NCBI GenBank assembly: GCA_041695225.1
Contig: JBGFRI010000037.1
Span: 61,647-125,646, forward strand
Length of the DNA: 64,000 nucleotides
Origin: Deinococcota bacterium
GTDB taxonomy: Bacteria > Deinococcota > Deinococci > Deinococcales > Thermaceae
Reading direction: 5' to 3'
The notes under the pieces were generated by a model that was given only the letters and a program-made list of their open reading frames with translations, was not told the origin of the DNA and did not search any database. Positions 41,841-50,132 of this stretch are shown here, piece by piece. How positions within the stretch are numbered: the first letter of the stretch is position 1; every line of letters begins with the position of its first letter. A program made the position numbers and the translations under genes.

Positions 41841-43085
41841 CTACCGGATGAAGATCCCGTTCGGCCCCCTGAACTGGTTATCGCCCGCGCCCCCTGTGCC
41901 GAAACTCGTCCACCCCGTACCGGCCATGTCGTCCATGCGGACGATCCGGTTGTTGTCCTGGTCGGTCACGTAAATCCGACCGGCCCCGTCCACGAAGACA
42001 CCCATCGGGTGGGTGAACTGGTTACGGTCCGCGCCGTGTGTGCCGAAACTCCTCCACCCCGTACCGGCCATGTCGTCCATGCGGACGATCCGGTTGTTGT
42101 CCTGGTCGGTCACGTAGATCCGACCGGCCCCGTCCACGAAGACCCCTGCCGGATACGTGAACTGGTTACGGTCCGAGCCGAATGCGCCGAAACTCCACCA
42201 CCCCGTACCGGCTATATCGTCCATGCGGACGATCCGGTGGTTGGCGTGGTCAACCACGTAGATCCGACCAGCTCCGTCCAAGAAGACACTAATCGGCACT
42301 CGGAACTGGTTAGTGCCCGAGCCGGCTGTGCCGAAGCTCCTCCACCCCGTACCGGCCATGTCGTCCATGCGGACGATCCGGTGGTTGCCGGTGTCGGCCA
42401 CGTAGATCCGACCGGCCCCGTCCACGAAGACCCCTTCCGGCCTGTTGAACTGGTTTTCGCCCCCGCCCTCTTCACCGAAACTCGTCCACCCCGTACCGGC
42501 CATGTCGTCCATGCGGACGATCCGGTGGTTGAAGCGATCGGCCACGTAGATCCGACCGGCCCCGTCCACGAAGACCCCTACCGGCCTGTTGAAATGGTCT
42601 TCGCCCGTGCCGCGTGTGCCGAAAGTCGTCCACCCCGTACCGGCCATGTCGTCCATGCGGACGATCCGGTTGTTGCCGAAGTCGGTCACGTAGATCTGCG
42701 ACGCAGTCACACTCAGCGTCAGCGCTGCATGCCGGCTGATGTCTCCCGCTTCCGCCCGCACCAGGAGGGGGTGGCTGCCGATGGGGGTGGTGCTGGCTAC
42801 GCTGATGGTCAGGGTCTGGGTTACCGGGGCAGTACCGGTCACGTTCAGGCTGGTTGGAGTGAGAACTACTCCTGTCGGTGCGTTCACCAGGCTCAAGATG
42901 ACCTCGCCGGTAAAGCCGTGCTGCGGGGTGAGGGTCAGGGTGGTGGTGCGGGTGCTGCTCTGGGTGATCGTCTGGCTGGTGGGGCTAAGGCTCAAGGTAA
43001 AGCCAGGGGTGGGGGGTGAGGCCGGGGTACAGGCCGCCAGCAGCGGCGCCAGGGCCAGTACAGCTAACAGCAGGATAAGTTTCAT
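41841..43085 (-). CDS. Lipoprotein with one Ig-like domain and a 6-blade NHL beta-propeller
   Basis: Paralog of 39722-41596 with nearly the same signal peptide and an identical C-terminus NQFRGPNGIFIR. Confidence 0.9.
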   Translation of the reverse strand: MKLILLLAVLALAPLLAACTPASPPTPGFTLSLSPTSQTITQSSTRTTTLTLTPQHGFTGEVILSLVNAPTGVVLTPTSLNVTGTAPVTQTLTISVASTTPIGSHPLLVRAEAGDISRHAALTLSVTASQIYVTDFGNNRIVRMDDMAGTGWTTFGTRGTGEDHFNRPVGVFVDGAGRIYVADRFNHRIVRMDDMAGTGWTSFGEEGGGENQFNRPEGVFVDGAGRIYVADTGNHRIVRMDDMAGTGWRSFGTAGSGTNQFRVPISVFLDGAGRIYVVDHANHRIVRMDDIAGTGWWSFGAFGSDRNQFTYPAGVFVDGAGRIYVTDQDNNRIVRMDDMAGTGWRSFGTHGADRNQFTHPMGVFVDGAGRIYVTDQDNNRIVRMDDMAGTGWTSFGTGGAGDNQFRGPNGIFIR

Positions 43086-43167
43086 CTTCTGATCTCCCTT
43101 CTATGCTCGGGGGCGGCTCTGACAAACGCAAAGACGCCCGGTCTGTTGTCTTGAAGCCGGCTGACCT

Positions 43168-43222
43168 TCACTCTTCTTCCTCCTTCATTTCTCTTCCTCC
43201 TTCATTTCTCTTCCTCCTTCAT
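43168..43222 (-). repeat. 17-bp tandem repeat x3 containing start/stop and SD
   Basis: Minus strand (ATGAAGGAGGAAGAGAA)x2 followed by ATGAAGGAGGAAGAAGAGTGA. Confidence 0.9.
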
Positions 43223-43413
43223 TGCTCTACCTCCTGTCGCGCTTTTGCCAGCTCGAGCTCGATATAGGAGATCAGCGCCTGGTAACTGCTGAACCCCTGC
43301 TTCTGGCCGTTCTGCGGGTTCTCCACCACAAAGCGCCAGCCCTCGGCGTCAGTCTGTAGCCAGGCCCGCAGCAAGAAGCTGCGGTAGCGCTGCGGAGCTT
43401 TAGGCAGTTTCAC
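43219..43413 (-). CDS. 64-aa hypothetical protein divergent from the BTAD regulator
   Basis: GTG start after a G-rich SD; MKLPKAPQRYRSFLLRAW...WRFVVENPQNGQKQGFSSYQALISYIE; head of the NHL gene run. Confidence 0.7.
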   Translation of the reverse strand: MKLPKAPQRYRSFLLRAWLQTDAEGWRFVVENPQNGQKQGFSSYQALISYIELELAKARQEVEQ

Positions 43414-43473
43414 CCTTCCCCCCCGCACCGGACTGCTATGCTGATCTCCATGGCGGCAGGATAGCAGGGTGAG

Positions 43474-43527
43474 CGCAAATGAAACGCAAATTATTTTGCT
43501 GCCTTCAGCTCCGTACAGGACGCAAAT
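43474..43527. promoter_or_regulatory. Candidate SARP-type operator (heptamer direct repeats)
   Basis: CGCAAAT at 43474 and 43485 (11-bp period) and again at 43521, in the divergent intergenic region. Confidence 0.5.
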
Positions 43528-43528
43528 C

Positions 43529-46369
43529 ATGCTGAGAGTTGCATTAGACGTGCTCTGCCTGGGCCCCCCGCGCCTCACCCTGGGGCGCAAGGTGCTCACC
43601 CTCTCCCCCAAGGCCCAGGCCCTGGTCTGTTACCTGGCCGTGACCGGCCGCCCGCATAGCCGCGAGGAGCTGGCCGGGCTACTCTGGAGCGAGCTGCCCG
43701 AGGCGGCAGCCCGAGCCAACCTGCGCACCATGCTGCCCAGCCTGCGCCAGGCCCTGGGGGGGCATCTGCTGGTCGAACGCGATAAGCTTTCTCTGAACCC
43801 CAGGCTTCCCATTCAGCTGGACCTGGCGCAGTTTCTGGCCGGCCTGAACCGCGCCAGCGAAACCGACCTGGCGGACTTGCGCGCGGCCCTGAAGCTCTAC
43901 CGCGGCGACTTCCTGGCCGGCCTCAGGCTAGAGGGCACCTCGCTTTTTGAAGACTGGGTGGTGGGGCAGCGGGAGCGCTACCGGCTGCTGGCGGTGCAGG
44001 CGCTGCACCTGCTGGCTGCCCACCATACCGAGAAGAGGGAGTACGGCGCCGCGACCGAGGCCCTGGGCCGCCTGCTGGAGCTCGAGCCCTGGCGCGAGGA
44101 TGGCCACCGCCAGCTGATGACCCTGCTGGCCCAGAGCGGCCAGCGCGAGGCTGCCCTGGCCCACTACGCCAGATGCTGCCGCCTTCTGGCCGACCAGCTG
44201 GGCGCCGAGCCCTCGCCCGAGACCACCCGGCTCTACCAGCAGATCGAGGCCGGCGAGATCGCCGCCCGCCCGCCGCCCCCGCCCCGCCACAACCTGCCGG
44301 CCGCGCTCACCCCGCTGCTGGGCCGGGGGGCCGAACTGGGTCAGGTTGGCGACCTTCTCCAAGAGACCAGCCTGCGCTTGCTAACTTTGCGCGGCCCGGG
44401 CGGGGTGGGCAAGACCCGCCTGGCCCTGGCCGCCGCTGCCGCCCTGGTGGACCAGTTCGCCGACGGGGTGCACCTGGTAAGCCTGGCCTCCATTACCAGC
44501 CCCGGGCTGGTCTGGCCGGCGGTGGCCCAGAGCCTGGGGCTCAAGCCGCAAGCCGAAGCGCTGGACAGCCTGAAAGAGCACCTGCGCCACCAGCAGCTGC
44601 TGCTGGTTCTGGACAACTTTGAGCAGGTGATCCCCGCCGCTCCCGCGCTGAGCGAGCTACTGGCCAGCGCCCCCGGGCTCAAGCTTCTGGTCACCAGCCG
44701 CCGCCTGCTCAACCTGTATGGCGAGCATAGCTTTCTGGTGCCCCCCCTGGCGGTGCCCGACCTGGCCCGGCTACCCGCGCTGGCGGTTCTGCGCGACAAC
44801 CCGGCGGTGGCGCTCTTTTGTGAGCGCGCCCGCGCGGTAAGGCCCAGCTTCGAGCTGAGCGAGGCCAATGCCTCGACGGTGGCTACCATCTGCGTCCGCC
44901 TGGATGGTCTGCCGCTGGCGCTGGAGCTGGCGGCGGCGCGCATCAGGGTACTCGAGCCCGGCGCCTTGCTCACCCGCCTCTCGCGCAGCCTCGAACTATT
45001 GACCAGCGGCCCGCAGGATGCCTCGGCCCGGCAGCGCACCCTGCGCGGCGCCATCGCCTGGAGCTATAACCTGCTTAGCCCCCCGGAGCAGCGCCTCTTT
45101 ACTGCCCTGGGGGTATTTACCGGCGGGGCGACGCCAGAGGCTATCGCAGCGGTCTGCCACCCCGACCCCCCCACCGAGAGCCACCCCGACCCCCCCACCG
45201 ACAGCCAGCTTTTAGAACACCTCTCGGCCCTGCTGGACGCCAGCCTGCTGCAGCAGGCCCAGGGTCGGTTTAGCATGCTGGAGACCATCCGCGCTTTCGC
45301 CCTGGAAGAAGAGGCCACAAAAGGCACCCTGCCCCAGACTAAAGCCCGTCACGCCGGGTATTTTCTTGCGCTCACCCGGCAGGCCCAGCTCACCGGCCCA
45401 GAGCAGGAGGCCTGGCTAAACCGCCTGAACCTGGAACGCGACAACCTGCGCGCAGCCTTGCAGTGGGCGCTGGACCAGGGCCAGGCCGAGGCCGCGCTGG
45501 CCTCTGCGGCCGCGCTCTGGCGCTACTGGCACATGCAGAGCCACCTGAGCGAGGGTCGTGCCTGGCTCGAGGGGGCCCTGGCCCTGCCCGGCGCAGCAGA
45601 GAGCCTTGCCCGGGCCGAGGCCCTGAGCGGCGCGGGCGTACTGGCCTGGATGCAGAGCGACTACCAGCAGGCCCGCCGGCGGCTACTGGAAAGCCTGGCC
45701 ATCCGCCAGAAACTTGGTGGCGAGGGTGTTGCCCATACCCTCAACAATCTGGGCGTGGTCTCTTATCTACAAGAGGCCTACACCGAGGCGCGGGGCGAGT
45801 TCGAAGAGAGCCTGGCCCTCTACCGCCAGCAGGGCGACACCCTGGGGGCGGCCCGACCCCTGGGTAACCTTAGCCTGGTGGTCTACCTCCAGGGCGACTT
45901 GGAGCGTGCCCGGACCATCTCGGAAGAAGTGCTGTCCATATTTCGGCGCGAGGGCGAGGCCTGGAGCATCGTCACCGCACTCAACAACCTGGCCCGGGTG
46001 GTCAAGCGCCAGGGCGAGCAGGCCTATGCAGCCGCCCTGCTGGAGGAAGGGCTGCGCCTGGGGCGCAGGATTGGGGCAGGGCGGGTGCTGGCCGACCTGC
46101 TGGAAAAAACCGCGGGCTTGCTGGCCAGCGACACTCCCCTCTACGCGGCGCGGCTCTGGGGTGCGGCCGAGGCCTACCGCCAGCGCATCGGGGCGCCGAT
46201 GGAGACCGTCTCTCACCGCGACTACCAGCACGACCTCAAGACCGCCAGGGCGGCCTCGTGCCCAGTGTCGTTCGATGCTGCGTGGACGATGGGGCAGGCC
46301 CTCGACTTCGACCAGGCAGCCGACGAGGCGCTCGAAGCGCTGGGCAGTTACGCCGCAACCTTTAGCTAG
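43529..46369 (+). CDS. SARP/BTAD transcriptional regulator with STAND-type ATPase and TPR repeats
   Basis: wHTH (REELAGLLW..ARANLR), BTAD (LYRGDFL, EPWRE), Walker A GPGGVGKT, LLVLDNFE, DGLPLALELAA, C-terminal TPRs. Confidence 0.93.
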   Translation: MLRVALDVLCLGPPRLTLGRKVLTLSPKAQALVCYLAVTGRPHSREELAGLLWSELPEAAARANLRTMLPSLRQALGGHLLVERDKLSLNPRLPIQLDLAQFLAGLNRASETDLADLRAALKLYRGDFLAGLRLEGTSLFEDWVVGQRERYRLLAVQALHLLAAHHTEKREYGAATEALGRLLELEPWREDGHRQLMTLLAQSGQREAALAHYARCCRLLADQLGAEPSPETTRLYQQIEAGEIAARPPPPPRHNLPAALTPLLGRGAELGQVGDLLQETSLRLLTLRGPGGVGKTRLALAAAAALVDQFADGVHLVSLASITSPGLVWPAVAQSLGLKPQAEALDSLKEHLRHQQLLLVLDNFEQVIPAAPALSELLASAPGLKLLVTSRRLLNLYGEHSFLVPPLAVPDLARLPALAVLRDNPAVALFCERARAVRPSFELSEANASTVATICVRLDGLPLALELAAARIRVLEPGALLTRLSRSLELLTSGPQDASARQRTLRGAIAWSYNLLSPPEQRLFTALGVFTGGATPEAIAAVCHPDPPTESHPDPPTDSQLLEHLSALLDASLLQQAQGRFSMLETIRAFALEEEATKGTLPQTKARHAGYFLALTRQAQLTGPEQEAWLNRLNLERDNLRAALQWALDQGQAEAALASAAALWRYWHMQSHLSEGRAWLEGALALPGAAESLARAEALSGAGVLAWMQSDYQQARRRLLESLAIRQKLGGEGVAHTLNNLGVVSYLQEAYTEARGEFEESLALYRQQGDTLGAARPLGNLSLVVYLQGDLERARTISEEVLSIFRREGEAWSIVTALNNLARVVKRQGEQAYAAALLEEGLRLGRRIGAGRVLADLLEKTAGLLASDTPLYAARLWGAAEAYRQRIGAPMETVSHRDYQHDLKTARAASCPVSFDAAWTMGQALDFDQAADEALEALGSYAATFS

Positions 46370-46540
46370 GCGAGTCGCTTACGCGATTGCGGCAAAGCCG
46401 TAACCTGGCTGGGGGTTGAACCGACTCGTCCTGGTATGTAAGCCTCCAGAGTCCCTAATGCGAAACCGGTAGCCCGTAGGCAACGAGTCGAACCACCGGT
46501 TTTTCACCAGCATGGGCGCTAGAGGGCGTTCGGAGAATCT

Positions 46541-46652
46541 CCTTTCCCCTTGCGGGAGAGGCTGGGTGAGGGGGAGTGAGTGCAGCGAACCACGGCGTCT
46601 GGGGCGTCATTCAACCCTCACCCCAACCCTCTCGCAAGTGTGGGAGAGGGGG
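46541..46652. repeat. Inverted pair of CCCTCACCCC..CCCTCTC..GGGAGAGGG-type palindromic elements
   Basis: TCCCCTTGCGGGAGAGGCTGGGTGAGGGG ... CCCTCACCCCAACCCTCTCGCAAGTGTGGGAGAGGGG. Confidence 0.7.
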
Positions 46653-46734
46653 CTTCAGTGGCCGTTGCTTCAAATCCCGCGTTAATCGAAGTTCTCCTGC
46701 GAATGTGCGTGGCCTGGCAATTTTCGAACATGCT

Positions 46735-46860
46735 TTAGTCTTTGGTTCCTGTCACCAGAGGAGCGGCTAGCTTTTCGGCGAGCGTGAGACAGCACGTACT
46801 CCAGGTTGTAATGCCGTGCCTGGTAGCGAGGTCGAAGCTGTGGGCCAGCGAGCCTTTGAG
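46735..46860 (-). pseudogene. Possible PIN/VapC C-terminal remnant
   Basis: SFDLATRHGITTWSTCCLTLAEKLAAPLVTG resembles the PIN tail LA.RH.IT.YD..YL.LAE.L..PLVT.D without the acidic residues. Confidence 0.45.
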
Positions 46861-47183
46861 TCGGACCCCTATGTAGTGGGGTTGCATAATCAATGGATGT
46901 TGCTTGTCGGCGAAGCTGTGGCCAGGCCCATAGTTGGCCAACCCGGCCCGCCACCCAGGGCCAGCAACACCCTGCTCTGGCTGCCGCTAGGGACAATTGA
47001 CACTGCAACCCCATATCAGAATCGGTAAATCTGTAAAGAAGCTAAAGAGGACCCTGACCTTGCGTCTGGCTCTGCCCTTAACACTGGGCTGGTCTAGTAC
47101 CAGAAAGCAAGGCTGCCGTTTTAGCGGAATGCCAAGAGCCCTGTGAGGCCTTTGGACAGTCTAGGACAAGGGGGTTGCCCAGC

Positions 47184-48428
47184 ATGAATCTCGACCCGGA
47201 CACCAACCAGATACCGCCCATGGACATTCACGAAGAGAAACGCTTGCTAGCCGAGGCCGACCGCAATCTGGCTGCGCTGCTACAGGGCCAGAAAGAAACC
47301 CGGCTGAGCCAGGCCCTAAACCAACGGGGGGTAAGCCGGCGTGACTTTGTCAAATGGGCCGCAGTGATGACTACCACCCTGGGCCTGCCGCCCAGCTTTA
47401 TCGGGCGGGTGGCACAAGCCGCCCAGGCGGCTCCGCGCCTTCCCATCATCTGGAAGGAGCTGCAGTCGTGCACCGGCAACTCGGTTGCGCTGCTGCGTAG
47501 CGCCAACCCTGGTGTAGACCAGATTATCCTCGAGGTGCTCTCGCTGGAATACTCGGCAGTGCTGATGGCAGCCGCAGGCGACCAGGCCAAGGCGGTTCTG
47601 GACGCCAGTATGGCCAGGCACAAAGGACAGTACATCGCCGTTTTCGAGGGCTCGGTGCCAACCGGAGCCGACGGCATCTTTTACCGGTATGGCTCGGGGG
47701 CCGAGCCCTCCACCGAGCTGGTACAGCGCATCGCCAGGGATGCAAAATTTGTGGTCACGGCCGGAACCTGCGCGGCCTATGGGGGAATTCCCATGGCCAG
47801 CCCTAACCCCACCACCGCCTCGGGCATCAAGTCCTTCCTGCGGGCAAACCGGATTAACACCCCGGTGATCAACCTGCCGGCCTGCCCGGTCAGCCCCAAC
47901 AACATCGTGGGCACCATTCTGGAGCTGGTAATGTTTGACCGGGTGCCCAAGCTCGATGCCTTTGATCGGCCCATCTGGGCCTATGGAACCCGCATCCACG
48001 ACATGTGCGAGCGGCGCGGCAGCTTCGACGCGGGGGTGTTTGTACGGAGCTGGGCCGACCTCGAGGGCCTCAAGAAGGGCTTTTGTCTGTATAAGGTGGG
48101 CTGCAAAGGTCCCTTTACCTTCAACAACTGCGGCGTGGTGCGATACAACCAGGGGGTCTCCTGGCCGATAATGGCCGGACACGGCTGTATAGGCTGTAGC
48201 GAGCCCGCCTTCTGGGATACCATGACCCCCTTCCACCGTGCGGTTGCGGCAGGGGTCTACGCCCCGCCGCGTCTGGCCGACGCCACCGCCGATACAGTTG
48301 GCCGCTGGGCACTTGGAGCGGTCGCGGTCGGCATAACAGCCCATGCCGTAGCCACCATGGTGCGTTCGGCTTTGGAAAGCCGCCAGAGCAGCAAAAAACC
48401 CATATCCCCTGCGGAGCCCAAGGAGTAG
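47184..48428 (+). CDS. hydA: Membrane-bound [NiFe]-hydrogenase small subunit
   Basis: Tat motif SRRDFVK; CTGN, GTCA, PACP, HDMC, CLYKVGCKGP, HGCIGC; C-terminal TM anchor with His. Start may be 47220. Confidence 0.95.
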   Translation: MNLDPDTNQIPPMDIHEEKRLLAEADRNLAALLQGQKETRLSQALNQRGVSRRDFVKWAAVMTTTLGLPPSFIGRVAQAAQAAPRLPIIWKELQSCTGNSVALLRSANPGVDQIILEVLSLEYSAVLMAAAGDQAKAVLDASMARHKGQYIAVFEGSVPTGADGIFYRYGSGAEPSTELVQRIARDAKFVVTAGTCAAYGGIPMASPNPTTASGIKSFLRANRINTPVINLPACPVSPNNIVGTILELVMFDRVPKLDAFDRPIWAYGTRIHDMCERRGSFDAGVFVRSWADLEGLKKGFCLYKVGCKGPFTFNNCGVVRYNQGVSWPIMAGHGCIGCSEPAFWDTMTPFHRAVAAGVYAPPRLADATADTVGRWALGAVAVGITAHAVATMVRSALESRQSSKKPISPAEPKE

Positions 48429-48431
48429 GTT

Positions 48432-50123
48432 ATGGCTGAGCGAATTGTTATTGATCCCATCACCCGCATCGAAGGACACCTGCGCATCGAGGTGGCCCTG
48501 AACGAACAAAACCAGATCAGCCAGGCCTACAGCTCTGGCACTGCCTTCCGCGGCGTAGAGCTGATCATGCGCGGTCGCGACCCCCGCGACCTGGGTCTGT
48601 TCACCCAGCGCATCTGCGGGGTCTGCACCTATCAGCACTACGAGCGCGGCACCGAGGCCATTGAGCGGGCCTACGAGATCCGCATCCCGCCCAATGCTCG
48701 GCTGGTGCGTAACCTGATGTGGACTGCGCAGACCATCCAGGACCATGTGGTGCATTTTTACCACCTGCACGGCATGGACTGGTTCGATATTGTCTCGGCC
48801 CTGCAGGCCGACCCGGCCCGGGCAGTGCGGGTGGCCCACCAGTACCATGCCAACCCCTACAATGCCTCCGAGAGCCATTATGGCCTGGTGGCCAAGCGCC
48901 TGACCAGGTTTGTCGAGAGTGGCCAGCTGGGCCCCTTTGCTGGCGCCTACTGGGGACACCCGGCCTACAAGCTCACCCCCGAAGAAAACCTGATCATGGC
49001 CTCGCACTACCTGGACGCCCTGGCAGTGCAACGGGTGCTCTCGCAGCTGCTGGCCATCTTTGGGGCCAAGACTCCACACCCCCAGAGCCTGGTGGTGGGT
49101 GGGGTGACCTCGGTGCGCGATGCCCTCTCGGCCGAGCGCATCGGACAGTTCATGTTTATGCTCAAGCAGGGCCAGGACTTTATTGACCGGGCCTACCTGC
49201 CCGACCTGGTGATGATGGGTACCCGCTACAAAGAGGAGGCCCTGCGCGGCGATGGCGCGGGACTGCGAAACTACCTGTGCGTGGGCGGGCTGCCGCTGGA
49301 CGAGGAGCCCTGGGAGAACCAGCGGTTCTTGTTCGACCGAGGCCTGGTGATGAACCGCGACCTGGCCCGGGTTCTACCGGTTGACCACACCCTCATTACC
49401 GAAGAGGTCGCCCACTCCTGGTACACCTACCGGGACGACCATACCGCGCTGCACCCCTTTGACGGCCAGACCAACCCCCACTACACCGGCCTGCTACCCG
49501 ATAACCGGCTGAATGTAGAGGAAAAGTACTCCTGGCTCAAGACCCCCCGCTACGATGGAAACCCGGTCGAGGTAGGGCCGCTGGCCCGGCTGATTGTGGC
49601 CTATGCCAGCGGTAATGAAGCAGTAAAGAAGCTGATGGACGGGTATACCGCGCGCATCGGGGTGCCTTTCAGCTTCTGGTACTCGACCCTGGGGCGCACC
49701 GTTGCACGTGGCCTGGAGACCAAGCTCATAGCAGACTTCATGCCCAGCCTGACCAACGAACTGGTAGCCAACGTTTCACGCGGAGACGAGCGCTTCTTTG
49801 CCGCCCATCTGCCGCGGGACGGCGACGGTTTTGCCCTTTACGAGGCCCCTCGAGGCGCCCTATCACACTTTGTGAGAGTCAGAGCCGGGCGCATTGAAAA
49901 CTTCCAGGCGGTAGTTCCCTCGACCTGGAATGCCTCGCCCCGCGACGGCAGGGGCCAGATGGGGGCCTACGAGGCCTCGCTGATAGGGCAGCGCCTGGCC
50001 GACCCGCCCAAACCCCTGGAGATCCTGCGCACCATACACTCCTTTGACCCCTGTCTGGCCTGTGCGGTACACCTGCTCGACGCCAGGGGTCAGGAGCTTG
50101 CTCACCTGAAAATTAAGGTGTAG
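48432..50123 (+). CDS. hydB: [NiFe]-hydrogenase large subunit (group 1)
   Basis: DPITRIEGH, L1 QRICGVC, L2 FDPCLACAVH, cleavable C-terminal tail. Confidence 0.98.
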   Translation: MAERIVIDPITRIEGHLRIEVALNEQNQISQAYSSGTAFRGVELIMRGRDPRDLGLFTQRICGVCTYQHYERGTEAIERAYEIRIPPNARLVRNLMWTAQTIQDHVVHFYHLHGMDWFDIVSALQADPARAVRVAHQYHANPYNASESHYGLVAKRLTRFVESGQLGPFAGAYWGHPAYKLTPEENLIMASHYLDALAVQRVLSQLLAIFGAKTPHPQSLVVGGVTSVRDALSAERIGQFMFMLKQGQDFIDRAYLPDLVMMGTRYKEEALRGDGAGLRNYLCVGGLPLDEEPWENQRFLFDRGLVMNRDLARVLPVDHTLITEEVAHSWYTYRDDHTALHPFDGQTNPHYTGLLPDNRLNVEEKYSWLKTPRYDGNPVEVGPLARLIVAYASGNEAVKKLMDGYTARIGVPFSFWYSTLGRTVARGLETKLIADFMPSLTNELVANVSRGDERFFAAHLPRDGDGFALYEAPRGALSHFVRVRAGRIENFQAVVPSTWNASPRDGRGQMGAYEASLIGQRLADPPKPLEILRTIHSFDPCLACAVHLLDARGQELAHLKIKV

Positions 50124-50132
50124 GAGGCCAAG

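Noticed and set aside
39722..42695. CRISPR array or diversity-generating retroelement behind the conserved/variable alternation in the NHL genes
   Set aside because: The repeats are in-frame 144-bp coding units with no cas genes. No reverse transcriptase or template repeat is in the window, many adenines are invariant, and some variable codons differ at all three positions. Several variable codons do keep NNC/NNT, so a remote DGR is not strictly excluded.
45156..45206. 24-bp in-frame duplication in the regulator (HPDPPTES/HPDPPTDS)
   Set aside because: Real, but most likely a neutral loop expansion. The C runs could slip, but the frame is intact and there is no evidence of phase variation.
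46997..47022. Sigma-70 promoter for hydA (TTGACA)
   Set aside because: No acceptable -10 hexamer at 16-18 bp spacing.
47316..49079. 587-aa minus-strand ORF, and similar long antisense ORFs at 35437, 36952, 39830, 40656, 42009 and 59283
   Set aside because: They shadow well-supported genes on the opposite strand, as expected from high-GC codon bias, and show no recognisable motifs.
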